From positions 10,478,001 through 10,542,000 of the forward strand of contig CM022673.1 in the NCBI GenBank assembly GCA_012295275.1: 64,000 nucleotides of DNA. Reading direction: 5' to 3'. Position 1 is the first letter of the stretch. Each line of letters begins with the position of its first letter. Both the position numbers and the translations under genes were made by a program. Below are positions 1 through 14,232 of this stretch, piece by piece. The notes beneath the pieces are model-generated. The model saw only the letters and a list, made by a program, of their open reading frames with translations, was not told the origin of the DNA and ran no database searches. The stretch is from Chrysomallon squamiferum (taxonomy: Eukaryota > Animalia > Mollusca).

Positions 1-285
1 TAATAAACATTAAAAATATTCTAGATGAAAATACATGTAATAAAAGCATTTCTACCACCTTTAAATATAACACATCTAATTTTAATAAATAAACATTACA
101 TAAGAAAAAGACCACATCCCAAAATCTAAGATTAATTTAAAATCTAATATTACTGGCATCTACTAGAGAAGAAAACACCAACCAAACTGCAAAAAAAAAA
201 AAAAAAAAAAAAATCTATAGAGCATGCAGAGAAAAGGGGGTGGAGATGATTAGTGGGGGCTATCTAGGAATGTCACCCATCTTAC

Positions 286-348
286 GTTTTCTTTTTAGCC
301 TATCTAATGTTCGGTCACGATCTAAAGTGCAGTCAATGGACAAACTGC
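286..348 (-). CDS. PPFIBP: Liprin-beta small exon D, 63 nt, phase 1/1 (possible cassette exon)
   Basis: Acceptor cttcattttcag|gc; reads (G)SLSIDCTLDRDRTLDRLKRK in frame with exon C; donor aac|gtaaga at 285. Confidence 0.7.
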
Positions 349-1478
349 CTGAAAATGAAGTCAACACATGACACAACATGTCGTTTTTTCTCTTTACTGA
401 AATAATGCTAGGGTAATGCAAAATAATAATAATAATAATAATAAAAATAAATAAAATAATAAATTAAAAAAACCCAACGATATATAATAATAATATATAT
501 TTGTTTTAAATAATTATACACACACATATACACAGAAACATACCTAAAAAAAAAATTAAATTTAAAAAAAATTTAAAAAATGAGGTAGGAGTTATTAGTA
601 AATAAATAAACAAAACCATTAAACACAACTAAAAATATTTATAAATATAAAATATAAAATTATAAATAAAAATAAATAAATTTAATAAATCAATAAATAA
701 AAAACATTATAAAAAAAATATGCAAATAAAAAAAGAAAATATTAAAAACCAAAAAAGAAAATAAAGAAAAATTTTTATAATAAACCTTCAGTAAGAAAAA
801 TTTGAGAAGTACATGTATGTACATTTTAATCTAATATGAAAATGAGAATGAGAATAGATTATAAAATTTTTGAGATATTGCCAGTTTTTTTTATTACCCA
901 TTATCAGTAATAGATATTTAAATGTCATTCAAATGAAATATTAACAAATTATTCACATGACCATCTTGCAGTGACAGAAAATGTACTATGTAAAATAAAA
1001 AAATGACATTTTATTAAATATAAAAATGAAAACTGAAAAAATATGACATTGATATTTAAAATGAGAAAACAATTACATTTAAAAAAACAAAAAAAAAACA
1101 CTAAAAAAAATCATTGAAAAAAAATATGATTGATATTAAAAGTAACAAAACAATTATATTCAAATAAAAAAAAACAAAAAAAACCTAAAATTGAAGAAAA
1201 ATTATACAAATTGAAAATAATCTATATTGTGACAATGATACTATTTTGGAGCTCCATAATTTATCAATAAAAATAAATAATTTAAATACTAATCAAAACA
1301 AAACTTACTAGTGACACATGCACATCAATTAAAAAATGTTTCTGCAAGCAAAAATGACAAACATTCTATTCATGAAATACTGTCCAGATTAATGTTTTTC
1401 TTCCCGATTTCTTTCCTTTTAATTTAATGTTTTGAGTGAAATGGAAGCTAGCAAAAATGTAAATAAATTTAAACACAC

Positions 1479-1587
1479 CTCCAAGGTCTGAGCCATATCC
1501 ACTCCCATTTCTGATAATCTGATTCCTAAGATCAGAAATTTCGGCATCTTTCACCGTAAGCCTTGTCTGAAGATCTCCAATCTGTCG
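1479..1587 (-). CDS. PPFIBP: Liprin-beta internal coding exon C, 109 nt, phase 0/1
   Basis: Acceptor aatttcag|cga. Encodes coiled-coil-like RQIGDLQTRLTVKDAEISDLRNQIIRNGSGYGSDLG plus one base. Donor gag|gtgtgt at 1478. In frame with exon B. Confidence 0.85.
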
Positions 1588-1716
1588 CTGAAATTAAATT
1601 ACAACTTTGAATTATATAACAGTTAAAATAGAATTAAAACAAAACTTGTTATAGTTCGCAAAAAAAATAAAAATAAAAAAAGAGCAAGAGAAAATCCAGA
1701 AGAAGAAATTTTAAGA

Positions 1717-1835
1717 ACTTTATTGATGTTTAAATCTGATTAAGATCAGGAATTGGCTATTTTTGAAAAATTATATCTTAATAAAATGCTGTTAAATTAG
1801 AAAACAGTAAAAACAAAAAAAAGAAAGAAGAAGAT

Positions 1836-1872
<37 letters not shown>

Positions 1873-2058
1873 AGGAAAGAAATGAAATGAAAAAAAAATG
1901 ACTTTATTGGTGTTTATAAATCTGATTAAGATCAGTAATTGGCTATTTAAAAAAAAAAAATGTTAACTTAACAAAATGCTGATAAATTAGAAAACAGTAA
2001 AAAGAAAAAAACAGAAAAGATGAAGAAAGAAAGAAAGAAATGAAATGAAGAAAAAAAA
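1717..2058. repeat. Two-copy tandem repeat, period ~184 bp
   Basis: ACTTTATTG.TGTTTA...AATCTGATTAAGATCAG.AATTGGCTATTT...AAATTAGAAAACAGTAAAAA occurs at 1717 and 1901. Confidence 0.9.
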
Positions 2059-3184
2059 GGAAACCATTAATTTTGCCAATAGTTCAGTGGCTACTTTTTG
2101 CCAATCAGCAACAAGAAATTCTTTATTTACTTCTTGCCACAGAGAATAATCTAGGCATTATATCTTTAATGGAAAACTGAATGCAAGACTGAAATCATTC
2201 TATTCTATGTGCACTTTAATAAATTAAACTATTTGAAACAGTTTCAGGCATGTTTAACATGACACAAAAAAACAAAAACAACCAGATTACATCAGTCTGT
2301 GCTGAAGACATGAAGATGGCAGACTCAGATTAGCAGTCTTCTTGTCTCCATTCAGAGATACTGTGTGAGTTATTCTCTCCCTTCTGAACCTTCACAAAGC
2401 AGTATCTTTACCATGTGAAGCAAAAACAGGGACAAATGGAGGATTTCCCATACAATTCTATCATTGTAAGTTGATGTAATATTCAAAACGAAAAATTCAT
2501 TATATGCCAAAGCTACCACCAACACCATAAGAACAACAAAAACAACAACAATAAAGAAAAGAAAAGAAAAGAACAAAATGATTTTGTGCAGTTGTTATCA
2601 CCTTGGATAAATAACGAACAAACTTGTTTGGAATATATGATTGAACAGCACTGAAAATACAACATTTCATGTTGACTGAAGAGGAAATGATGCAGACAGA
2701 GTACTAGTTAATTTGTTGGCAATAGCTCATCTCTGCTCATTAGTAAATTTCATTTAACTGTTATTTTTGTTTTCTCAAAAGCTTCTTGGTGTTAATCATT
2801 CAAATTTACAACACACCTCAGTCAACAACAACTGTGTTGAACTACTGCTTTGAGCTGAAAACTAAAAATGGATTTGCAACTTTCAAGATTTATATTAGCC
2901 AGCTTCGTTATTTGTTTGATAATGACTCTTGAAATATGAAATAAGATTTCAGTTTAGTGAAAATAGAATAAGAGTTGAAAAAAGCAAGAATCTTGCCGAT
3001 AAAAAATTATTTTAAAACAAGATATAAATTAAAAATATGAAGAAAAAAGATTACAAAATAAAATACACCCATACAAACACACACACACACACACACATTT
3101 TTTCCCAGCTAAAGGTTTTGAGTTCCAATTTTCACAAATATATCACAAAAATCAAACTGCAGTTTATTAAAAATAATGAAGAAA

Positions 3185-4005
3185 ATACCTGAGCTGGGGA
3201 ACTGGGGAAAGAATGGACTAATATCTAAAATAATTAAAAGTATCTAGATAATTCAGAACCAACTGAGAAACAAGTGGCCAAAAGTCTGATAAAATAAAGA
3301 GAATTAACATAACTTTTTGCTGGAACAACTGGGCTAAAGTTTGAATTACAGTATTATGCTTTGGGGTACAACTGAATTAATATCTGATAAAATAAAAAAG
3401 AATGCATGATCCAACACAAGACCTTTTGGGGAAACAATTGAGCTAATGTCTACTATTATAAAATGAGGAAATGGGCTGATGAGGACTAAAGTTTGATGTA
3501 ATAAAACAAGTACCTGGGCCAACAATAAGATAGTTTTGGGGAAAAACAGGAATAATATCTGATACAAGAGAAATAGTATATACTTGTGTTAATATAAGTC
3601 CTTTTAGAGAATAGTTGGGCTAAAATGTGATTCAACAAAAATAGTATCTGGTATAACAGGAACATATTGGACAATTATTAAAAGAATACCTGGATCAACA
3701 CCAGACCATTTCAAAAGACCTCTGGACTAATGTGTGATGTAATAAAATTAATACCTAGGCCAATACAAGACCATTTTATAGAAGCATAATATCCAACAAA
3801 ATGAATATCTAGGTCAATACAAGACCAGTCTAACTTCTCACGATCAGCTGGGCTAATACCTGATAATTAAACAAGTAGCTGGGCAACACAACACCATTTT
3901 ACTGTGCTAACATCCAATGAATTGAATACTCGGGCCAATACCAGGCCATTCTGAGCATCAACTGGGCTGAGGTTTGATACAATAAAACAACAATTACCTG
4001 GGCCA
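3185..4005. repeat. Degenerate ~55-70 bp tandem array abutting the exon B donor
   Basis: Recurring motifs CAACTGGGCTAA, TCTGATA.AATAAAA and TACCTGGGCCAA.ACAAGACC. Confidence 0.75.
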
Positions 4006-4129
4006 TTCGCAGCTTGTCATCGAGATCTCGTCTGTCTTTGTCTGCTGCGGACAACTTGATCTTTAAACTGGAAATTTCAGCCATCAAGTCCAGCTTGTGG
4101 GTTTCCAGTGATGTTCTGGTCAGCAGTTC
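3998..4129 (-). CDS. PPFIBP: Liprin-beta internal coding exon B, 132 nt, phase 0/0
   Basis: Encodes ELLTRTSLETHKLDLMAEISSLKIKLSAADKDRRDLDDKLRMAQ, matching the liprin-beta ELLSRTSLETQKLDLMAEIS segment that follows exon A. Acceptor tttccag|gaa; donor cag|gtaatt. The intron between A and B is 31.8 kb (4130-35948). Confidence 0.95.
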
Positions 4130-4507
4130 CTGGAAATCATGAAAACAGAAATGAGTGAAATTGCTATAACAAAAAGCAGAATCAAAAGAAGATGACAAAA
4201 TGAAAATTAAATTGGTTTTAAAAAATGCAATCGTAAAGTAAATACTAAAAATAGAATAATCCAACTACTAATATCTAACATTAAGAACATAACTTGTTTT
4301 GTGTGTATGTGTGTGTTGTGATTCTGGTTAAATTTACAATTTTCTGTTGAATGTAAATGATCTAAAGTTAATTGCTCCACACATAAACAGAACAACAATC
4401 AGAAAAATGAAATCTATGCAAAGACTTTATATAAAAAAAGTAAAACAAAAAATATAATAATAAATGCTCAACTTAGATAAACCTTTGAAACCTGTGAACA
4501 GATAAAT

Positions 4508-4521
4508 GTTGCTATGGAAAC
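4508..4521. promoter_or_regulatory. RFX X-box motif
   Basis: GTTGCTATGGAAAC fits the X-box consensus GTYNCY-AT-RGNAAC exactly. Confidence 0.45.
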
Positions 4522-7500
4522 ATAATAGAAAAATGGGAGTTATCCAATATTTTTCCTATTATAAACAACATATGTTATTACATCAGTTACTAATATCCAT
4601 TATATGAATATCAATGTTTTCCACTTCAATAATCAAAACAAATAATCCAAAGTAAATCTGAAATAAAGATGAGATGGAAAATACATGTTTAGATTATAGT
4701 CTTTCTTAAATTAAAGCAGCCATAACGCTTCAATAATAAATTAATTAATTAATTTTAAAAACCCTCAGGTCACACAGTGTAAAAGATAAAATGTAAAGAT
4801 ATACATGTATGCATGATATATATATATAAATAAAGCCAAACTGGAACTGTATCTGATTAATTATTTAAAAATGAAAATTTACTTTTTTGTAACAGTACAG
4901 GTATAAATTGCAATTCAAGAATCGTCAGTAGAAAATGTTTTAAAATTCATATCATATAATGTATAATAAGCAGAGGGTCAAATCACCAGTTTAAAGAATT
5001 AATTATTTCTGAATCCCATTTTATTTAGACTTAAACCTAGTCACAATGCAAGAATGGTTAATGTAAACAAAAAAAAAATTTTTTTTTTTAAATTCATTAC
5101 ATACTTCAATTTTATCTAGCGAATGTGAAATAGGTTAATTTCTTTTACTGTTGCTGCTATTCATTAGCAACTAATTATGCAAAACTTGACAGATTACACA
5201 AATTAATTTTATAATAATCCATTTTGAATCCATGAGAAAATGGTCAGCAAGAAACATTTACAAAATGTAAGAATTGCGTTCAACAACTGAAAGTCAGCAA
5301 AGGCTACGATGCCAAAATAATTAAAATATTTTTGAAGAACATTCCACATACTTATGCATTTACACAGCACATAAATAGAAGATAAAAATAGGCAGTATTA
5401 AAGTATTTCAATATGAATCCATTTTCAGTCCACCAGAGTGTGATAAATAACAGAAAAGCAACCAAGGTTACAATGAAATGAAAATATTTTCAAAAACACA
5501 TAACATACTTTACATTTAAACATCGTCAAAGCAGAAAATCGAATCAATGACTTTTAACAATTTCAAAACAATCCAGTTTTCAATCCATCAGATTGTGATG
5601 AACAAGAAACTGTTAGAAAAAAAAATATTAAGAACTCTTTTCAAACATAACAATTGCATCCAACATGGTTACTGAGAAGTCTGCAGCTGAAACTACAACC
5701 TACCTTCCAAGAAAATGTCATAAGTAATCGTTTATTTGCACATCAACAGTAAGAAAAAGTAAAAAAGAAGAAAAAAGGTAAATGTTTTTTGCAGTATATC
5801 TATACCAAGTGTAGGAAGAATGATTAGCTAAACCTGAAGATGGTAAAAAGCTGAACAATTTATTCTAAACATTTCGGTGCAGTTTTTTTGCCAAGAAATT
5901 TTTTTTTTTTGTTTTTGTCTGTTGTAAATACAGGTGATTTTGTAAACATTTGAAGTTTGGAAAATGAATTTAATGTATAAACATTTTTTTTGTGTGTGTG
6001 TGCACAGTATTTGAAATTTAAATTGTTAATTAGTGTTATGTTAACTTCAAAATAAGTAAAGAAAAATAGATATTATTAGAATTAATAGTAGTATTAGAAA
6101 AATCAATGGAGAATAATTATTACAAAATAAAAATGAAAAGAAAAAAGAAGATTAAGGAAACAATAAAGCCAAATAATTATTACAAAATAAAAATGATAAG
6201 AATAAATAAATAATAATAATAATAATAAAAAATTAAAAAGTGAAAACTTTAAAAACATCCTTTTTTTTTACCCACTCAATAATTCAAATAACAATAAAGC
6301 AAAAAACAAAATGGATTCAATTATTTAAAAAAAAATAAAATAAAATAAAGAAAAAAGAAAAAAAGCAGGAAAAGGAAAAGCTATCATTTTGTTCACTTTA
6401 ATGATGGAGAAACCAAATAAAAATAGAAAAATGATGAAAAAGAAACAGCCAATTCATTTTCGTGAATTTAATCTAACTGGCTGCAATATAACAGTTAAAA
6501 CTTTGGACTTGAAGCACAAACGTTCACAGGATCAGTTCTCTGCAAATTTAACACACTGATCATTTTCCCCCGTTCTAACTTATACTCAATATATTTTATC
6601 AAATTCAGGTGTATGTACTTTCCTCACTTGAAGAAGATACATAATAAAGATAATCTGCTGTTATTAGATAAAATTTAATTGTTTTTACATGATTACTATG
6701 TAACAGATTTATAAAAATTGTAACAACCTATCTAACATCCTGCTGCTGATGACCACTAAATAACTTAGTGTGTATCATTAAAATAACAACAACCCAGTTT
6801 TAACTTCAAACTGCATACGTTGTCGTAGTTGTTTGCTAACTGACAGGTGCAACAGCAGAAGAAATTAGCCCATTTTATTTGTGTGTGGATGTAGATGTGT
6901 TCGAACTAGCAATTATCCCTGCATGCTGCATTAGCAGGTGCCAGTTATTTACTTTTCCAGGTTCTTTCACTTGTAAATGAAACTGGAACAATCTAACCTG
7001 GTTTCCAAGGAGAACATCTAAACTATATATATATTTAGTTTAACTTACAGTAATTAATTTTATTTTTAAGTCATTTAATTAAATTAGTGTTGTTGTTGTT
7101 GTTGTTGTTGCTGTTATTATTATTATTATTTAATTATTTTATAATTTATTATTATTTTTTTTTTATTGTTATTATTAGTCTTTCTTAAAACTTAAATTTG
7201 TTTTATCATCTATTATTTTTAAAATTATAAATGGCACATCTTAAACAATTCAAGGTAGATTAAAAAGAATAGATTCCTACAAATCGATTATCTAAATTCT
7301 GCTCAATATAAATTTTATTATAAAATAGTTCTTTACAGTTCACTTTGAGATAAACAATCCATTACTTTTTAAATATATTGATACAAATCTATCATCCAAG
7401 TATAACAGAAAATAGTCTTACAGTTCTATCTGAAGTATAACAACTTAGGTTCTGCTAAATATAAATGTAAGATGATATTGCTTTACACACAAATTTCAAT

Positions 7501-10500
7501 TACACTACCCAAAAGTTGTAAAAATATTATAAATCAATCACCCAAATGCTGCTGAATACAAATGTAAGGTTGTTCCTTATAATTCTTTGTGAAGTAAATT
7601 GCCTATTACTTTTTAACTATATTATATATCTATCACTTAAGTTCTGCTGAATATAAATTTAAGATATTGCTTTTCTGTTCTACGTTAATTACAAACTACA
7701 CAAACTACCCATTACTTTTTATATTTAAATCTATTTTTGTGGAAGTTATTGATGGTCACTTTATGATAACTGTTGTAATTTCAAAGCAGTGTGAAACCTT
7801 TGAAACTGAACCAAAATGTCAAACATTGCTTTGAAAATGATGTTCCATTTTCAGAAATGATATCTAGACCAGCAATAGACATAAGAGTGTGTGTGTAAGG
7901 ATCTCAAGCAGCCCCTTTGCCATGACAGGGGTTTTGTTTGATGTCTTTATGAGAAAATATGAATCATCTCATCCTGTAAAACCATCATACAATGTCTGAT
8001 ACATTTTCCCTTGAAATGGACCTGGGCCCTCCCTTGACAAATGGAATTCCTCTTTTTAATCTTGCTTTCTGTCTTTGTAGTTAACAAGAACTGTGTTTTA
8101 TAGATTTTATATTCTATATATAAGAATTTTAATCTTAAAAATTTTACTTTTATAGATTGTGATATCTTCTGGGTTTTATTCAGAGATAATTTTATTTACT
8201 TTTTATCTAAATTTAGATGACCTCACCTCCCTCCAAAACAAAGAAAGAAAGAAAACAGCTTGTGTATCAATTTCTTTTGTCTCAGGATCCATCAATAATT
8301 ATGTAGTAAGTAAAAAATTATTAATGAATAAATATAAAACAACTTTATTTTTAATTTTTTAACTTATTTATTTATTTATTGCCATAAAATCACTCAAAAT
8401 TTATAATTTGCAAGTATTTAAATCAATAAAGCTTAAAGTAACATTATTGTAGTTAATAATTTAAAGATTAATATTTTTCTTTTTTAAATATCATTTGTAT
8501 AACTGTCTATGCATGTGTGTGTATGCATACATACACTGACAAAGTTATTGCCTTAAATTTGATTGTATTTGTTACATGCTATAATGTGTGTACTACTGTA
8601 AAACTTTTAAGAATAAAAACATCTGTTACCAAACATAATACACAATGCTATATTTAAATTTAGAATTAACTGCTGAGTATAGGAATCAGTTATTGATAAT
8701 AAAATTTAATAAAATGGGAATATAAACAATCAATATTCACTTCTGAAGAAAAATAACAAAAAACAAAAGGTATCATAAATAAATAAATAAATAAAAACAA
8801 ATCAATAAATAATAATAATAACAAAGGGAACATAATCTATCAATAGTGACTTCTGAAGACCTAAAACAAAAAACAAAAGGAAACAAATAAAATTTAAAAA
8901 AAATAAAATAAAATAAAATAAAATAAAAAAAAAAAATAAAATAATAAAATGAAAAGAAGTTAAATTTTTCAAAATCCCTCTTGACACCTTCAACAAATAA
9001 ACATGCAAGTACATGCAGCCTGCAGTGCATAGTGTGTTTCTGGCAGGCTTACAAGATAAATAATTTCTGTGGAAGTTTTAGTTACAGCTAGTTTTATAGA
9101 GAGATGAAAGGGGAAACAGGTGGCTTGTGTTAATGTAGTCCAGGTAGAAACTATCTCAAAGACACTGTGTCTGCTGACCAAGTGCAAAACAACAAGAACA
9201 GGAATTCCATGCAAACATAAACAGCGTTGATAATGAGTCTTTTAAAGTTCATTAGTTCAGCCTGGCTGCTACTAGGTGGCAGCACTTGATAGAGCAAGGG
9301 AGACGATTTGAACATATGCTTTGTTTATTTGTCTCCAGGCCACCAGGGATCCAAAACAGGCTACACAAAACAATCTGAAAGCCTACCAGACAATTCAGAA
9401 CTAGGGAAACCATCTGTGTTGGCAACAAAAAACTGGGCAAATTTGCCCAGTGGCTTCTAAAAATAGCTTGCACATTTTAAGTAATGCTTATAACAAATTC
9501 TAAGCAGATATTAACCTAAGATTTACAAAAAATATAAATATAAGTATTTGGGATCATGTCCTTCTGATTTTCATCTTTAACTGATTGAGGGCATGTAACT
9601 TGTAAGATCATTTTAATGATTTTAACAAATTAATTTATGTTATCATAACTCAAAGACTGCCATAAGCATAAACCTCTGGTTTTGGATGATGTAGCATCCT
9701 ACTCGGACCAGAATGTTCAATTTTGAACATTCCAAATTCCAAACCAACATATGTTTAGCAGCAACCGCAACAACATCTCTGTGCCTAACCGCATCTTAAT
9801 TTCTAACTACTAGATAATTCAATTTCCCCTCCTCTCTTCTTCCACAATCCAGATGAAATTGTCAGTCAGGGATCAATGGCATTTTGACCTAAACCAAGCT
9901 GGAAAAGGTAATGTATTACAGCTTCCTGTGAGAAAATATTAATAATGCCACAGATGGCTGTGTGCAGGTATACTCACAAACATAACTAAAATTTTTAAAA
10001 TTACTTCACATTAGTTTAGTAAAACTCCTTGTATATTATGTTTACAAATGTGAATGTGTAATATCCTAAGTTTTGGGGTTTTTTTGGTGTTTAAATGTGT
10101 GTGTATGTGTTGAATTATGTTCACAAAATGAATGGATTTATAAATTAAGCATTTTATAAACTTTTTCTTTTTTCTTTTTTTTTAAAATAATAAATGTTTA
10201 CTTGAATAAATTCTTTTATATGTGTATATCATCATTATGCTAATTATAAATTCTCCTATATTTATGTTCAGATAAAACAAAGACATTTAAAAACGTAAAG
10301 ATTATATATACCCCCAATATTTTTAAATTATATTTTTATGATTTGTTTTAAAAGGTATAATTTTTAAACTTTTTTATCAGTGGTTTTGGGGTTGTTGTTT
10401 TTTTTACAAAATATACTGTTACATAAGTAAATGAAGCATGTATGTATAGGCACTTTGTTCCAGAATAAAGAACAAATAAAGTTAGTGAATAAGACACCTT

Positions 10501-10633
10501 AAGTGCTACCAACAGATAACATAAACACTCTTACAAACTTTAACAGAAGATCTTTTATAAACAGGTATCAAAGTGTAAGTGCCAATTCAGCTAAATTCTT
10601 ACAAACTGTTATCAAGTTAACAATGATCTTTAG

Positions 10634-10668
<35 letters not shown>

Positions 10669-13600
10669 CTAAATAATATCTTAGTTTCAAAATGATACAT
10701 CCTTGTAACTTCTAAATCAAAGAATTTTTGTTTCTCTGTTTGATAATAATTTAGGATCAAATTTTTTTTTTTTTTTTTCTGTTTAAACCATCAAGAGAAG
10801 ATTAGGATGCTCTGTATAACAGACTTATGAAAAACATGTTATTTACAAAATCCACTGTGTAAGGAATAAATTAAAGTTCAGTCAAATAAAAAAAAAAAAA
10901 AAATTATCTGTGAAGCAGTTTGAAGTTAAGTGAAGAATCAAACTAATAAGAAGATTTAAAAAGAATTTAAAAAATGAAAAATAACTGATATATAGCATTT
11001 CCAATATAAAGAAAAAAAAAAAAAAAAAAAAAAACAACCAGCAACACCAACCCATTGCACAATGATAAAAAGCCCACTAGAAATAAATAAAATTATAAAT
11101 AAAGCAAAATGTATCCCCTTGTTCCTCATACCTCTAGTCTCCGACTTAACAAAGCACTTTTCTGAAGGCCAAAAAGCCAGACAAAAATAGAACAAATGTT
11201 CATTTGTTTTTAAAGATAACTTGTCAGAATTGTAGAAGATGTAATAAAACATGTCTGAATGCAATGATCTGAAGAAATGGTACAATATTTTGACAGTGAT
11301 AGAATTATGGCAACATAACATCAGACATCATGGCAGCTAAATTGGTATACTCCATTTCTCTGAACACCAAGAATTTACCAGTCAGAACACAAATAGAACT
11401 TAAAACTCACTTTCTAAGGTTATCTGTCTACTTGATGTGTATTATGTATCATCATTTAGTTATTAACCGATATATTGAAAAGAAAACAAATATACTGTGA
11501 AAGGGAAAATAGTTTTCTTTTGTTGAAGGAAATCAATGAATTATCCACAAACAAAAAAAGAAGTAGAGAGATGATTATACATATAAATGTTCCAGTCTGT
11601 CTCTCTGTAAAAACATACGCACACACATGCATAAAAGAGACTTGCTTATAGAATAATCTGGTATGTAAACTGGTAGCTTAAAGTCATGAAAATAATTTTT
11701 TTTTTTTTTTTTTTTTGATCAGACAGTTATAGTTTATTAACAACAATTTAGATTTTTGAAATAAATTCTAAAAGTTAAAAATCTATCCTTAGTAATTTCT
11801 TTTCTAAATCAATAAATTAAAAAAATATTTTAAAAATAAATAAATAAATAAATAAATACAATTTAAAAAAATGAAGTTACTTTAAATCAAATCATGCTGG
11901 TATTTCCAAAAATATAAAATAAAATAAAATAAAATAAAATAAGTAAATAAAAGTAAAGATTAAAAAAATATATACAATCATCTGATACATCTTCACTTTG
12001 GTTCAAACAAGTACACAGGTGTTTCACATTTCTCTGACTTACCATTACACCTGTCAGAGATCTGAACTCTTGTTTGCCAACAACAATGTAACATGACCAG
12101 ATCTACGTGAAATGAATACAAGACACCCACCTCAAAAAAAAACAAGGAAATATCACAGAATACCTTTACAGGTGTTAAAAGAAACAAGTAGAAAAATGTA
12201 AATTTTTTCTTGTAACCTGTAATAAATATTTTAAGAGCCTGGAGAAAACAATTGATAAAAAATAGATTTTTTTTTTTTTTTTGTAAAAAGATATAATGAC
12301 ATCATACATATCTGAAATATAAAATCAAAAAAATAAAATAATGAGTTACTTCTTGTGCAAAGATATTATGTAGGAGAATATATGTGAATTGTAAAATCAT
12401 AAAAATACGAGTTACTAGTGTTTGTAAATTCATTATGTTCTGAAAATACATACATTTGAAATTAATGTTTTATTTTTTCATGTATTCAGGGAAATCATAA
12501 TAATATTTAGCTTAATTTAGTATTTGATAATAAATAATAATAAAGGAGAAATAAAAAAAAAAAAAAATAAATTAACATGAACCCCATCACTTAAAAAAGA
12601 AAAAAGAATTAAAAATTCAGTATGATGCTATAACCAACTAAATTGTTTATTTCTAAAACTGTTTTCTGACTAATCCATGACTAAATTTTAAAAGATTTTC
12701 TTATCTGTACTACCTTGATGCCAACCATCAGCATCCTTATGACACAAATTGCATAATCAACTGTACACAGATTCAAGATCCCCATAAACCTTTTGCAATC
12801 TAACATGTACCTAAATTCCCCTCACAGCACACACACATACATACATACATCACATCCATATCACTGTCAGTAAACAGATGTTATGGCAGGTTTTAAACTA
12901 AAATTTGTTTCCAGGTAATCTTTCTTATCAGGTTTCAGAGACTAAACTTCCATTTAAAATCAGTTTCATTTCCTCAATAAAATACTGTAATCTTTAAAAA
13001 TTTAAAAAAAAACCCAACAAATTTGACTGAAGAAGAGAAAATTACTGAAGTTAAAGATAACAATATCAACTATGGTATACATCTATGAATTTTGCATCCA
13101 CATACATCACGATAAACATGGCACAAAGACAGAGAAAAAGGTTAACCAGGTTATATTTCTCTGGCAAGTCCAGGTGTGAAATATAAACCTCTCTGTGCAC
13201 TTATTGTATAATGAACCTGGGAACCGGAGGTAAGGTTTGACAGTTAGTGTTGTCAGAAAAACTCTGTCTATCTTTTACCAAATCTGTCTAACATGTAACC
13301 TGATTTAATGGCACGGACTGGAAGCTACACATGCAGAGAGAAAGTCAGTGTGGATGATTTTAATTGGACTGATTTCCCTGTTATCTTTTGACAGCATTAA
13401 GAAAATTTGGCATTCCTGCTTTTAGGCTCATGTAGTATCTTGTAGAATGACATTTTTTGGGGAAAAGATATTTCATGAAGTTTGTAGATATTTTGACTGA
13501 ATTATCAACACAGGCAAATAAATATAAAAATACTTTAAGTCTTTAAATATATACTGTGTTAGGACACATGAATATACTTACAAATATGTAAAGTTTTTTT

Positions 13601-14151
13601 TGTTAATTTAATAGAGTATATGTATTGTCATTCTGAATTACAAGTGGAAAATCCTGTTTATTAAGTGATACTGGTTTTAAACACGAACAATAATGGTTTA
13701 ACAAAGATATTGTTTGGTGTCACTAACATTTGCTTTAACAATTAATATCTATATTTTATATTAATACTAAATAAAAGATACTGATAAAAAAAAAAAAATT
13801 CCTTTTTGACAAAATTGTACCTCACACAAGATCAATCACAAAAATAACAGAACCACTGCAAACTATTCACATAATTTCCTAACAGCTCATATGATACACA
13901 AAAAATATTTCAGTGTTTTAATAGAATTTTAAAATTCTATGCATCTGCTATTAAAGCATAAACTAATATACACATTGCACATAAACAAATGTTGTCAGTT
14001 GTTATTTTATTGCTTTATATATGTACTCACAACACACAGATACATACATGCACACAATTATATAACAAGAAGAAAAAAAATACATATCAGATACCAAAAA
14101 CAAATTGTTATTATTCTGAATTTTAAGAAAATATTTAGTTACAGTTCTTAC

Positions 14152-14232
14152 CATTAATTCTTGAAGTTTTGCCTCCCAAAGAGCAGTATATGCCCCAGTA
14201 CTGGCTGGACGAAGTCCATTTCCTCGTGACAT
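14152..14232 (-). CDS. PPFIBP: Candidate alternative first coding exon V7 (MSRGNGLRPASTGAYTALWEAKLQELM)
   Basis: Invertebrate-type start context caaaATG; in-frame TGA at 14256-14254; phase-0 donor atg|gtaaga compatible with exon B. Preceded by ~550 nt of UTR-like, CpG-containing sequence up to ~14800. Confidence 0.7.

Noticed and set aside
130-213. Poly-T plus GCAG acceptor-like site ~100 nt downstream of exon D, suggesting a terminal exon
   Set aside because: Poly-T runs are common throughout the window, and the following frame stops quickly with no recognisable similarity.
3185-4005. Repeat-spacer appearance suggesting a CRISPR-like array
   Set aside because: Eukaryotic intron, degenerate full-length units with no unique spacers, and no cas genes.
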